From: Camelus ferus
Lineage: Eukaryota
Length of the DNA: 64,000 bases
Direction: 5' to 3'
Assembly: GCF_009834535.1 (NCBI RefSeq)
Contig: NC_045708.1
Location: forward strand, 29,636,001-29,700,000
The notes under the pieces are model-generated. The model made no database searches and was not told the origin of the DNA. It saw only the letters and a program-made list of their open reading frames with translations. The translations under genes were made by a program, and so were the position numbers. Of the stretch, positions 25,815-37,610 are shown one piece after another (positions within the stretch are counted from its first letter, which is position 1; each line of letters starts with the position of its first letter).

Positions 25815-26350
25815 TAATAACAACGGCGGACTTTTACTGAGTGCTTATTATGCACCAAGCCCTATGGCTTCTTTACCTGTAGCATCATAGTTAAGCCCCA
25901 TACAAACTCTTTGAGATGTAATTATTGCTGTCATCTCCACCCTACAGATGAGGAAACTGAGGCACAGAGCAGTTACATAACTCACTTAAGATCAGCCTGT
26001 CACCCTGATAGAGCCAGGATCCCCACGTGGGCGGTTTGGCTTCAGTGTCTACCCTCTGCCACAATGTGCTGCAGAATTGGGAGATACTAACTGACCCCTT
26101 ACTAGAAGAGGAAATCATATAAGGAAACACGGATCATTCGTGGCGGAATAACAGGGCAAACACTGTGTGTACATTAATCACAAACATCGTTTCCTTTCAT
26201 TCTCAACAACTTTGATAAATAAGGTCTATTTATTATTCTCATTTTTCAGATAAGAAGCCCGAGCCATAGAGAGGTTAAATGACTTTCTAATCAGTGGCAG
26301 AGCCAGGATTTGAACCCAAGTTAGGCTGATGCCAAAGCCGTGCTCCTGTC
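25815..26350 (-). mobile_element. Two adjacent MIR copies (about 25815-26040 and 26160-26350)
   Basis: tacagatgaggaaactgaggcacagag and gagccaggatttgaacccaag. Confidence 0.7.
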
Positions 26351-28150
26351 ACCAAGTTTTGCTGCTCAACTGAGATACAGGCTCGGTTCAGAGGGCAGCA
26401 GAGAAGGATGCCACTTATCTCCTCTGACTGGCAGTGCTGGGCCCTGGGCAGCTGTGTCATGCATCCGATTCTATTTAACAACAGCCCCAAGATGTCCCTC
26501 CGCCTCCAGAGAGGCACCGAAGAGCATGACTGAGGCACCCGGGCGGGCGGGTGCAGGTGGCAGGATGTGGCCGTTGGAGGGTATGTGTGTCTCTTGGGGC
26601 TGGGCCTTCACCCCGTGGGCAGCAAGGAGCAGCTGATGTTTGGCGGGACAGACCACAGCTGGGACCCCTCCTCCAAGAGACTCCAAACCATGCAGAGAGA
26701 GCAACTTTCTCCTCATTTTTCTAGCAGGTCCTGGTATGTCTTTGGCCCCCCTCCTCTCCTTACCTGTGTGTGTCCACTGCCCAACACCCAGCTCTGGGCT
26801 CTGAGAGGAAATTCTTCCCTACAGATGTCTTATCTCGGGCTGAGGCCCACTGCCAAAGGCTCCTGCCCAGGGAGGGGTACCCTGCACATGAGCTTGGCTT
26901 AGATTCTCTGACCTTTAGGAAAAGTGGCTTTTCTGCAAGACAGACAAGGGTTTACAACAGCTTGCAGCCCCCTCACCTAGACCTTTCCCTGCAGACTACC
27001 TTTCAGCGACAGCTTCCCCTAGTCTTGAGCGCAGAGCTGAAACAGCTTGTCACCTGACCAGAACTGGAAAGATCCCACACATCACATCATGAGAGCCACA
27101 GGTGTTTTGCCCAAGCCACATGGCGATCATTCACGCTACGGATGAGAAACCCAGGTTCACAAACAGCAAAGGCCTGCCCGAGGCCTCAGAGCTAGCAACA
27201 CAGAGTCAGGGCTCAGCCCCCAGCCCTGGACTCCAAGACCCAAGCCTGTTCCCAAATCCTCCAATTACAAAAGGGAGACTGAGATCCAGAGAGGAAACAT
27301 GATTTGTCCAAAGTCTCCAGCTCCAGGGCTCACACCACTTACCTCCCTCCTTGAGGAGGCCTCACTTCCAACAATGCCCAAAGATGGAAAAGGTGAATGC
27401 TTCTTGTGATTTGCAGCTAATAAAATGTGGTGGACCCCTGCTCAACCCCAGGGTCAGACACTCCATCTGCCCAACCCATGTGCCAATATTCCTTTTTTGT
27501 TTTCAGTTTTGTTATCCACAGATCAACCTCCAACTCTCACCCTCCTGAGGTGCTGTCCATACACGGATGAGAGAGACACAGACTGGCTTGCAACCTTCAG
27601 CAACTCACTACTGGGGAAAAAGACCACCTTAGCCTGGGGAAGATGACAACCATGCTGGCGGAGGGAAGTGAGCAGGAAGAAAGAAAGTTGGGAGGGAGGA
27701 AAGGACAGAGAAGGAGGAAGGAAGCAAGGAAGGAAGTGGCCACTTTGCGGAGCACTTCCTGTATGCCAGGCCTGGGAAAACGGCCCATAGCATCTTACCA
27801 TCCAGTTCTCACCAGGAGCCTATAAACACCGCTGTCCCTACCTTTGGGGGCTGGCCAGTGATTGCTGGAGGCAGGCCTGGAATCTGATTCTGTCTCAGTC
27901 CAACGCCCATAGGCTTTCCAGACTCTCTAGAACACTAGCAGTTTCTCGTGTGCTCCTCTGAGTCCTAGAAGTTCAGGAAGGTGCCAGAGGGCCCCCAGGG
28001 ATCTATGGGGGAAGTTGAGAGGGTGACCTTCCCCAAAGAGTTCTTTGGAAGAATGAGTTCCATGCCTAAAACATATGTCAAAACAACCCTACTAGTAGTA
28101 GGTTATTAAAGATGCTGGGAGGAACATTCTTTCTTTACTCATCCCTTCCC

Positions 28151-28200
28151 TTCTCTCTCTCTCTCTTTCACTCACTCTCTCTCTCTCTCTTTTTTTTTTC
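28151..28200. repeat. (TC)n plus poly-T microsatellite
   Basis: Seen directly. Confidence 0.9.
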
Positions 28201-28204
28201 TGGC

Positions 28205-30300
28205 ATTAAAAAAATCCCACAAAGAAGAGAAGAGTAGGAGAGAAGACTGACAATAAACTTTAAGAAGCTGGAAAGAGATGGAAGAGTGAAAAAGATTTTG
28301 TAGACTCAAGACAACAGAATTCAAAGTTGACAGCAGGGAATATGAGAACCAATTCGAGGACTCTGGAGGTGGGGATGGGAGGGGACTAAGATAGGGCTGC
28401 CGAACTGAAAGTCTCGTTAGAAGCAGTCAGACTTCACCCCTTCCTCAACTCCAGCAGCCAGGAGACCACTCGTGAGACAGCCTGGAGGTTTATTCTCTGC
28501 AAAGTGTGAGACGAAAGACCTTGGACAGGGATGTCAGGCAAGGTGAGGGCAGGAGAACCACAAAGAAATGAAGGAGTGAAGTGACTGCATCACTGCAGGT
28601 GAAGACGCCTCCCCCTCCCACTTTTTTCCTCTCCGTGGCTCCCAGGCGATGGGACGTGAACTCTGCCTCCTTCAGGTGGGAGACTGGAGTCTTTGCCGAA
28701 GAAGAAAGACTTAAGACACTGTGATGGCAGCCTCCCCAGTGGAACAGCCCAGATGAGTTTTGGGGAAACCTCACTCTCTCATGCAGGTGCCCAGCATCTC
28801 CGAGCCTCTTAAGCGAAGAGACCAGAGGTTATCAGACACGTGAGAAAAGACACTGAGCGAACACAAGGATGAAGGGAACCTGAGAGAAACAGAAACCATG
28901 TGGAAAAGAAAACAAAAACAACTAACCTTAATAGCCTCCAAGAGAAGAGGGAAGATACTGGAATGGATCCAATAAGAGTAGGATACTATTAAAAGAAACA
29001 TTCAGGGCGAAAAAAGCCCTCTTGAAAATGAAAAATGTGATAGCGCAGATGAAAAAAAAAGAGTAGCTGGAAGACAAAATGGAGAGAAGTTCCCAGAAAG
29101 CCGGGCAAAAATACGCAGATGGGAATTCCGGCAGAGAGGTGTGAAAATCGGAGAAACAAGCCAGGAGATCCGGTGCCTGAGGAACAGGAGGTCCAGAGAG
29201 GAATGAGAAAAAAGAGGAGAGGAAATCATCAAGTAAGCAAGTCAAGAAGCTTCCTTAAAGCAGAAGTCCCTGAGCCACTAGACTGAAAGAGTCGCTGGGG
29301 GATTAAACCGCCCCGCGCCGGGATGCACGCCTGGGAAATGTCACAGCGCCCAGGATGCAGAGCAGCCCCTCCCACAGCCGCAGAGAGGGGAACGGGAATC
29401 AGAACGGAGCTGGAACTCTTGAGAGCAACTCGGAAACATGAGGACAAGGGAGCAAAGCCTTCAAAACTGAAGGAAAGTGGTTTCCAACCTGAAATTCTAC
29501 TGAGAAACAGAATGAAGACATGCCCAACATTCTCAGTCGGGGGAAGCATCGCCCAGCCCAGCCGCTCATGGGCTCTTTCTCAAGACCATGCTGATGGGTG
29601 GGCTCTGTGAAAACGAGGAAGTACACCGAGGAAAAGGAAGACAGAAGTGTCTAGAAAGAGGAGATCCAACATAGGAGGCCAGAGAATCTCCAGATCGAGG
29701 GTGAAGGGAGCCCTCTGGGGTGGGAGCTGTGCCCCAGGCAGAGGGAGCAACCCCTGCAGTCTGGAGCCGGCTGGATGCCTCAGGGAGGGGCTGCGTGGGC
29801 AAGAACCCATGCATCTGAGTATTTTCAGGGGAGATTTGGTGAGGTGAGAAATTTGGGGTTGAATTAGCAATAAATATGTAGAACACTAAGTAAACACACG
29901 CACACACACAATTTTTTATCCACAGAGAAAATAGATAAGTTGTATAGGAAAGCATAGCTCATTATATGGCTTGGCAGTGAATTATATATGGGACCATTCT
30001 AATGAGAGAATGTGGGACTAGGGCACATGTAGAACGGGGAAAGGATCTGGGTTCTCTAGCTAATACCTATGGCTGTGGAAAGGCCGGAGTAGCAACCCAG
30101 GTCTATTATTTAGAGATACAGAGGTAAACCGAGATCGTCAGCTAAAAGAGATGAAAGTTACTGCTTCCAAGGGTGGGGGTGGGGCTGGGCGAGCCAGAAA
30201 ATATGGGGGAGAAAAGGTAATGTTATTTTCCATAACAAAATGTATGAAAATATTTGCCTCTTTAAACTTTGTGCACATGCCACTCTGATCAATGTAAAAC
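28205..30300 (+). mobile_element. HAL1/L1ME-like LINE relic (ORF1-like region plus 3' end)
   Basis: A-rich ORF1-like sequence at 28900-29560; G-rich 3' tract at 30171-30189; terminus ctctttaaactttgtgcacatgccactctgatcaatgtaaaa resembles the HAL1 3' end; no ORF2-like sequence seen. Confidence 0.55.
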
Positions 30301-31140
30301 TCAAAGAAAGAAAGAGCATGCGTGCCACTGTTTGCCAAGAGTCTGCTTCCCGCCTCCCTCCACTCCCAGGAGAGAAGGGGAGAAGCCAGCTTCCTCCTGG
30401 GCACTCAGCCTGATTCTCCAAACAAGGAGGCCAGGGACTCAGGCAGACGCTGTCCAGGCCCAGGGGATGCCTGGTCCTCGCTGCAGCTGTCAGGGCCACA
30501 GTGTGCTGGCGTGGGGACTCCACTCCCCACACTCCTTCCCGCTCAGACTGAGCCCCTTGCAGGAACCAGAGACAGTGCCTGCTGGAGAAATGGATTCTCC
30601 TTTAAATTTTAATAGGATGCATTTAGGTCTTCCCTGATCATCCTCAGGGCTCTGGGGACTCTGGCCCCAGCACACTCAGACACTCAGTCTGCCCCGTAAT
30701 CAATGTCTTTTCTTTTCCATTTTGCATTTCATGTTGTCTTCTTCTTTTTTTTTTTTAAACTGTCAGTGACTTGGTTCCATAGTGACATAATCAGCTTTCT
30801 CTGCCTGAAGCCAGTGTTCCCTGGGAAGTCCTTTGAGCACCAGGAGAAAGAGGCTAGGCCAGTACAGAGGGTCAAACTAACTAGAGTGTAACATCTGATA
30901 TATGTATTTGGAGGATAATCTTGACAAAGAAATAACTTTTCTAAGAATCTAAGTGATTTCCTAGAAACAGACATTTCCTGCTTTTGTTTTCAAAACAGCC
31001 GTTCATAAATCTCTCGCTGGTGAATGGAGGTGTTCCAGAAACAGAAGAGGTCTGGATCGGGGCTGAGGGAACCCTCCCCACTTCCCACCCCAAACCACCA
31101 GCTCTGCTTGCTGCACAGGGATCGGCCTTTCCTCCTGTTA

Positions 31141-31560
31141 CTGCGGGAGAAACGCCCCCTCCTCACCAGCGCTCGGCTCCACCCCTCGCACCTCCTCCAG
31201 GCCTCTGCCCCTCCTCTCCTGGCACCATCACCTGTCCCCGCCGCCGCCGTAAATCACTCCCAGCAGCACACGCACGCCGAGGCTCTCTCTGCGCAAGCAC
31301 CCGCCTGCTCAGCCTCACGCTCACCCAAGTCCCTCCCCTCGCTCCCTCGTGTTTTCTGCTCCTCGCCACAGTCAGCCTCTTGGGACAGGTTTACACGCGC
31401 CGCCTCCACGTCTTATTTCAACCCACGCCCTCAGGACTCCATGTCCCGAAACAGCTCCCGTCAAGGTCACCAGGGACGCCCATGTGGCCACGTCCCATGG
31501 ACACTTGCCTGGCCTCCGCGTCCTGGGCTTCTACGCAGCGCTCAGCACAGCTGGCCACTC
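31141..31560. promoter_or_regulatory. Intronic CpG island, partly L2-derived
   Basis: About 31 CpG in 420 bp by hand count; C-rich; approximate O/E 0.8. Confidence 0.55.
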
Positions 31561-32130
31561 CCTCCTTCTTGAACTCCCTCTGCCCTTGGCTTCCAGGACT
31601 TCTTTCTCTGCTGGGTCTCCTCCTAGTCCTCTGGCTTTTCCTTCTCGAACTCTTGCAGCCTCATCTCTCCCTGCCCTCTGACCGCTGGCATATCCCGGTG
31701 CCCTATTCTTTTCTCTCTTCTCCATCTCTGCAGGTGACCCCATCCAGCCCCATCCCCCTAAAGAGCATCCCTGCCCTGACACATGCATATCCCAAACGTG
31801 TGCTTCCAGCTCAGGCCTGTCCTCTGAATGCCAGGCTCACATTTCCAATTGCAAAATGCCTCCCTGCACACTTGGATGTCTGGCATCTCAAAGTGAACGC
31901 GTCCACCAAGCTTAGCTCTCCCCTTCCTCAAACCTCCTTCTTACTCTCCTCCCTGACCCCTGCCCATCTCGGTGAACAGAAGTACCATCCATCCGGCTAT
32001 TACTTGAGCCAGAAGAGCAGCAGTCATTCCTCATCCCCAGCTTCTCTTCCTCATCCTTTGTATTCAATTCACCAGAAGTCCTCTAGCCACCCTCTTCCTG
32101 AAATCCAGGCCAGATTCCCTAGGAGAGATA
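31300..32130 (+). mobile_element. L2 relic including reverse-transcriptase remnant
   Basis: Frame 31349-31681 reads ETAPVKVTRDAHVATSHGHLPGLRVLGFYAALSTAGHSLLLE, aligning to L2 RT [42 protein letters not shown] (recalled). Confidence 0.8.
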
Positions 32131-32749
32131 GAGCGATAGGATTCGAGGGAAACAGAGAACAAAACCCAGTGTGCGCACCTGTGATGAGGGTTGGACAATT
32201 CACTCCCAGCCCATTGGGGCCACAGTCAGAGCTGCAAGTCTACACTTGGGAGGAGAAGTCTGAGAATTAAAGAGATATCAAGGCACTGGGTCTCTCTGGA
32301 AGAAGACAGGGCCCTGGCAGCTCGAACTCACCCAGGAAGGACAGCAGCCTCTCTTCAGAGGTGAGTGCCCAAGACCACTCTTCTCCAGCCCCCAGGACAC
32401 AAGGGATCTGCTCAATGCAGGACTGGCCTGGGAGCTGGCACCCCGTGAGCCAACCCTCTTTGGCATCACGTTTCATTTTTAGCTTCAACACTTACAGGGC
32501 AGGTCAGCAAGCAAACAACTTTGGCTCCCAGCCCCAGGTGCTTGCCCCATAGCTGAGGCCACCTGGCTTCACCTTTCCCAGACCCAGCCTAACTCCTGGT
32601 GGGTGTGTGGGTCCTGCACAGCCTAGTGCAGCCCTGAATCTGTGTCCTTGCTCCTTCCTGAGACCCAGAGCCTCCACCCTGCTCACAGATTCTAAGAGCT
32701 ACTGAGTTCAGGGACCTGGCCCCTCACCTGAGGTCTCAGTTAAAGGGAG

Positions 32750-33430
32750 ATTCCTTCATTTAATAAACATTCTCTAGCATGGCCTATATGTCAGGCACCC
32801 TTCTCAGCCCCAGGATACCACAATGAGCAGAGCACCATTCCTGTCCCTCTCACAGGGTGAATGTTCTGGTGGAGGAAACAGAAACTAGTGACTACATGGG
32901 GAAAAATAAAGCAAGGAAGGGAAAGGGGATAAGAAATACTGGAGGAGGGTACATGTGGGAGGTGTGGGAAGGTTTCACTGCAGGGTAGTTGAAGGAAGTG
33001 AGGGAGCTGTGGGACTCTCTGGAAGAAGTGTCCCAGACAGAGGGCAAGGCAAGTGTAAAGGCCCTGAGGCAGAAGTGTGTCTGACAAAGAGACTACTGGC
33101 TGGAGCACAGGGACCGAGGGGTAGAGTGGCAGGCAGAGGTCAGGGAGGACCTGGGACCAGCACACACAGGCCACTTGAGGGCCGCGGAGGGGGCAGACAG
33201 GGAGTGACAGGGCCTGCAGATGTTAAGCAGGATCACACTGGTTGCTGGGTTGAGAATACACTACAGTGAGTAAGGGCAAAAGCAGGAGATTATATAATCC
33301 AGGTGGTTTGAGCTGGGAGGTGGGAAAAATGGGCAGATTCTGGATACGGTTTCACAGAGTGAGTTGATGGGATTTGTCAACAGAGGTGAGACAGAACAGT
33401 GTGGGGCCTGAACATGTAGGAAAATGAAGT
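32750..33430 (-). mobile_element. L2 relic (3' region)
   Basis: ttcatttaataaacatt...tatgtcaggcac tail and agacagagggcaaggcaagtgtaaaggccctgaggcag motif. Confidence 0.75.
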
Positions 33431-33981
33431 TGCCTGTGCAGAGCTTGAACATGTGATTTTGCCTCCTTCCTTAAAAAGATATCCTTTTCTCCTCTGACCA
33501 CTCACAAGACTTTTAAAGAGACACTCGGCAAAGGAGTGGTGCTGTGCGCGGGGTTTCTGCCTCCATTATACATTTTACAACCTTGACATCACCGACCCTT
33601 CAGTAACGTGAATTTTTTTTGTTGTTGTTCTGGTTTGCATTTTTAGAGAGTGGTTTACCTGAGGGGTTTATTCTTTACACCTATCCCAAAAGCTCCAACT
33701 TACCATTACTTATTTAATTCACAATTTAGTCAATTTGTCCCCTAATAAATATACAGAGGAAACAAATAGTCCCAAAGACCTAATTCAACAACATCCTTAA
33801 TCAGGAGTTCACAGTAGGAAGGGGCTAGACAGCATAGAAATTTAGAAATTTGGGATGGAAAATACGCTACACTTCTAGGTTTCAAAGTCCAAGAAGAAAT
33901 GAAAAATTATTAGAAAAGAAAAACTTTAAATTAAAAAAATTTAAATTTATTTTTTAAAATTTAACCTTAAATTTTTAAAGT

Positions 33982-34093
33982 TTTTTTGGGGGGGTATTAA
34001 GTTTGTTTGTTTGTTTGTTTATTTATTTATTTATTTATTTTTGGAATGGAGGTACTGGGGATTGATTCAACCACTGAGCTATACTCTTCCCCT
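33982..34093 (-). mobile_element. Internally deleted camelid-type SINE with (TTTG)n(TTTA)n tail microsatellite
   Basis: TATAGCTCAGTGG joined almost directly to TCAATCCCCAGTACCTCCA; microsatellite at about 34002-34040. Confidence 0.8.
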
Positions 34094-34369
34094 CAAAAAA
34101 AACTTCAAATTTTTAAAAATTGAAACTATTCTTTCCAAGCTACTATTTTATAAATACACACACACACATTCTTTTAAAAATATAAGTACCCCATAAACAA
34201 CATGTATTGGATATCTTACATAAACTCTTAGATGACAATAAAAATAAATTCAGCTATTAGACATTTATGAAAATACATAAGGTAGAAAAGCACACCTGTT
34301 AAAAATATAATTCCTTCAAGTGGAACAATACTGAATGAAGCAAACAATGTCTTTAAACGTATCAAGAGC

Positions 34370-34830
34370 CCCATGAGTCACAGTGGTTCTTCAATACCTG
34401 CCGTGCTATGTTCTAAGCATGGGCTCGCTGGACGCCCAAGTGACCATCACACGGATGGCTGGAGACCCGACACGGAGCTCTGGGGAGATGTCCAGCTGCA
34501 GATGCGAGTCTGGGAGACGCTGGCCCATAGAAGGCGTATGGAGTCATCTTGAGAGTGAGTTTATACGAAGCAAAGGGGAAGCCCAGGGGCTGAGCCCTGG
34601 AGGCCCTAAGGTGTAGAGATCGGGAGATGATGGGAAATCACGAAGATGACGAGAAAGTGCTGCTGGCAAAGGAAGAGGAGGGTCAAGAAAGAGGTCTCCC
34701 CAGAATCCAGTGGACAAAGTGTTTCAAAGATCGGGGAGGGATCAACTGTGTCCAGTGCTGCCAGCAGGTCAGGAAAGAATAGAAGAGAACAGACCACGGA
34801 GTTCTGCAAGGTCACCATTGACCTTGATAT
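34370..34830 (-). mobile_element. L2 relic
   Basis: aaagtgtttcaaagatcggggagggatcaactgtgtccagtgctgc is the antisense of the L2 RT motif. Confidence 0.7.
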
Positions 34831-36329
34831 GTGCAGCTTTTTTTTTTTTTAGGTCACGTTGTGTCAGTTAGTTTCATTATCTCCCAATTTTACTTTTTGT
34901 TTAACTTAATTAAATATTATAATTTATTCTATAGTTATAATGCAGAATATGCAGATATATATATGTACATCTGTATATTCCTTATTAACATATCTATATC
35001 TATATACTTTCCTCATTTTTTTTTCAATAAGTGCAGTTTTTGAGGTGTTGTGAGTCCAAAGACACGCTGGCATGGGTCTGAGAGGGGATGGGAGGAAAGA
35101 CGGGAGGTGAGCATGTACAGTTGTCTCCTTCTGGAATTTTTCTTTTAAAGAAAAACAGAAAAATCTGGCGATCCAAGCCTTTTAGTCAAAGGAGTATTTT
35201 CAAGGTGGGAAACTCTAAGTTTAGACGTGCTGAACTGAATGGGCCAGGGAGAGGCAGTGGCTGGAGTGATGAACTGGGGTGTACTGGGGGAGCTGGGAAG
35301 AGATGGGATTCAGTGCCCCCCCCCCCCGCAGTGGGAGCACAGATGGTCTTGTCCCAGCTCAGCAGCTGAGTCCTGTTGTTGGCAAGTGGCGGGTCTGGCA
35401 TGGACACCTTCTGTTAAAGGCCTAAAGGGCTCGGGGGCAGCCCTGGGCTACCCCATACTCGTGAGTCACCCTACCCACCCTCGCTGGCCCAGTGCATAGC
35501 TGGGCTTCTGTCCCCTGCCCGATATTCCAGTTCAGGCTGAGGCTGGGCTGCCTCTCTAAACCCAACCCATCCCTCGCCCCCTGCCTGCAACCATCTTCTT
35601 AGGGCCTCCCACCCTGGCTGGGCCTGGAGGACCACTTTCGGCAGCAAAGTATTTCCTACCAATCCCAGGCTCTTCTTCCACACCTGCCCTTTGGGCTGAG
35701 TTCTCAGCTTTCCTTGCAACAACTGAACTTCAGTTAGGACAGTATAGGCATGACTCTCAATGTAACATGTAACTTTGATAACTTTGTATGTGTGAAAACG
35801 ACATTCTATAACAAAAGAGCTCTTCTGAAGCATCCGAGGCAAATGCAGAGGTGCTGGGTGAGAAGGCCAAGATATCCTGATGGGCACTCCCAGAGGCTGG
35901 CTGGGAGACGCAGGCCGTGTCCAGGTGTGAAGGCGATAGGGAATGCAGGGAGGGGGCCGTGTGCCGGAAATCAATGCCATAAATAGAAACTGATGCATAA
36001 TGTGGACAAAGCATGGCCCTGGGACCCAAGCCAAGAGAGGACTTCATTCCAGGAGGAGAGAATTTCAGCACCAGTGTTTTTCTAGAAGGAATGCAAAGAA
36101 CTCAGGAGTGTGGAGGGACCTGAGAGGTTAGTCAGAGGAGGGTTGAGTTCTGCCCTTTGGAGGTGGATAGAATTTGGCGATGGCCAGGGCCCAGCAGGCA
36201 CAGAAGGTGAAGCACAACAGGGGCGGGTGAGACTGTGGGACCAGGGAGATCGGGCTGTTTTGACTGGATCCTGCCAGTAAGGCGGCCACAGAAGGCTCTG
36301 GACTGAGGTGTGACACAGGCAGAACCATG

Positions 36330-36790
36330 ATCAAAGACGTTCAATGGCAGCAACACAGGGCCTGGAGAGAGCGAGACCAGAGCCTTGGCACAGGGAGTGA
36401 AGAGAGACCACCTCTGAGTCATGGACCACTTGGTGTGGACACCAGAATTTGGGGACTAATTGGAAGGGGGATGACGCTAAGTTCACGATGATGCTAAGGT
36501 TTTGAGCGTGAAGGGCTGGGTGCATCATCGGCTCTGGATGTAGAGGGGGATGCTGCTGCTGACAGAGGGCTTGGTCGGCACACGCTGAGTTTGAGGTGCT
36601 CTAGTCTCGCAGGTGAAGGTGCCCAGGAGGCATGAGAAGCACTGGTCTGTAGTACAGGAGTGAGATCCTAGCTGGAGACCCAGATTTAGTGCCCTTGGAA
36701 CAGTGATGAGGTTTGACGCCAAGGAGGTGAGTGACGTCAATGGGGAGAACACCCAAGACCAGAAGAAACCGGTCAGAATGACCAGGTGCA
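36330..36790 (-). mobile_element. L2 relic
   Basis: gatgatgctaaggttttgagc...tgagtttgaggtgc...ctggagacccagattt, typical antisense L2. Confidence 0.6.
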
Positions 36791-37274
36791 CGCGTCGCCT
36801 TTACACTCAGACCGCCGACCGACCCTCCTTTCCTCTCTGCCTGTCTTGGTCTCGCACACCCTCCAGCCCAGCCCGCCCCTTCCAGGAAGACCTCACTGGC
36901 TACTCCAGCCCCAGGGGTCCCCACCTGCTGTGAGCACCTCAGCACCGGGCCTGGTGCTGCGCCTGAACCAGCCTCCTTGACAGCAAAACCCTTGGTTCCA
37001 GGTATCTCCCGGCATAGAGCACCCATAAGGGTCTGAATAAACAGTTCCTCCTGGTTGGATTGATTAATTGATCAACTGCTGGGTTGGAGGCCAAGAAGAA
37101 GAGTAAGGAGACTAGTGAAGAGAAGACTCATGAATGTTGGACTCATCCAGCATCTACTCTCCCTCTCTGGTCTACTGGCTCATGGCCGTGAATTAGATCT
37201 CTATGGATTGATGTGGATACAGTTCAAAAACCTTGGGGAGTCAAAACAGCAAGTTGCAGGCGTGTGCTGCACGT

Positions 37275-37610
37275 CTGGAGTAGCTGCTGCTGTCTACCAA
37301 ACAGCCCCGGTCCTCCCCGGTCCTCCCTGATCCTCCCCGGTCCTCCCCGGTCCTCCCGTGCACATGGCTGGGCTGTGCTTCCCCACTCTTAGGGAGCCCG
37401 GTGAGGCCATGCGGTTTTCTCTGGCCAATGAGATGGGAGCAGAAGCTTCCTGGTGGAAGCTTGAAGAGCCAGTGCGCAATTCACCACCGCCCCTTCTCCC
37501 TCTCTTGGCCTCTGTCAGCCTGGATCTCTGAGTCACTCCTAGGAACAGAACCCCATTGCACACCCCTGTCAAACAGGTACTGGAGTGAAATATAAATGCT
37601 TGCTGTGTTA
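37275..37610 (+). mobile_element. Old MLT1 (I/J/L-like) LTR relic
   Basis: ggccaatgagatgggagcagaag...ggaagcttgaagagccagtgcgcaattc resembles the recalled MLT1 core. Confidence 0.6.
37305..37357. repeat. 10-bp tandem repeat (CCCCGGTCCT) x5.3
   Basis: Four perfect units, one variant (CCCTGATCCT) and a partial unit. Confidence 0.95.
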
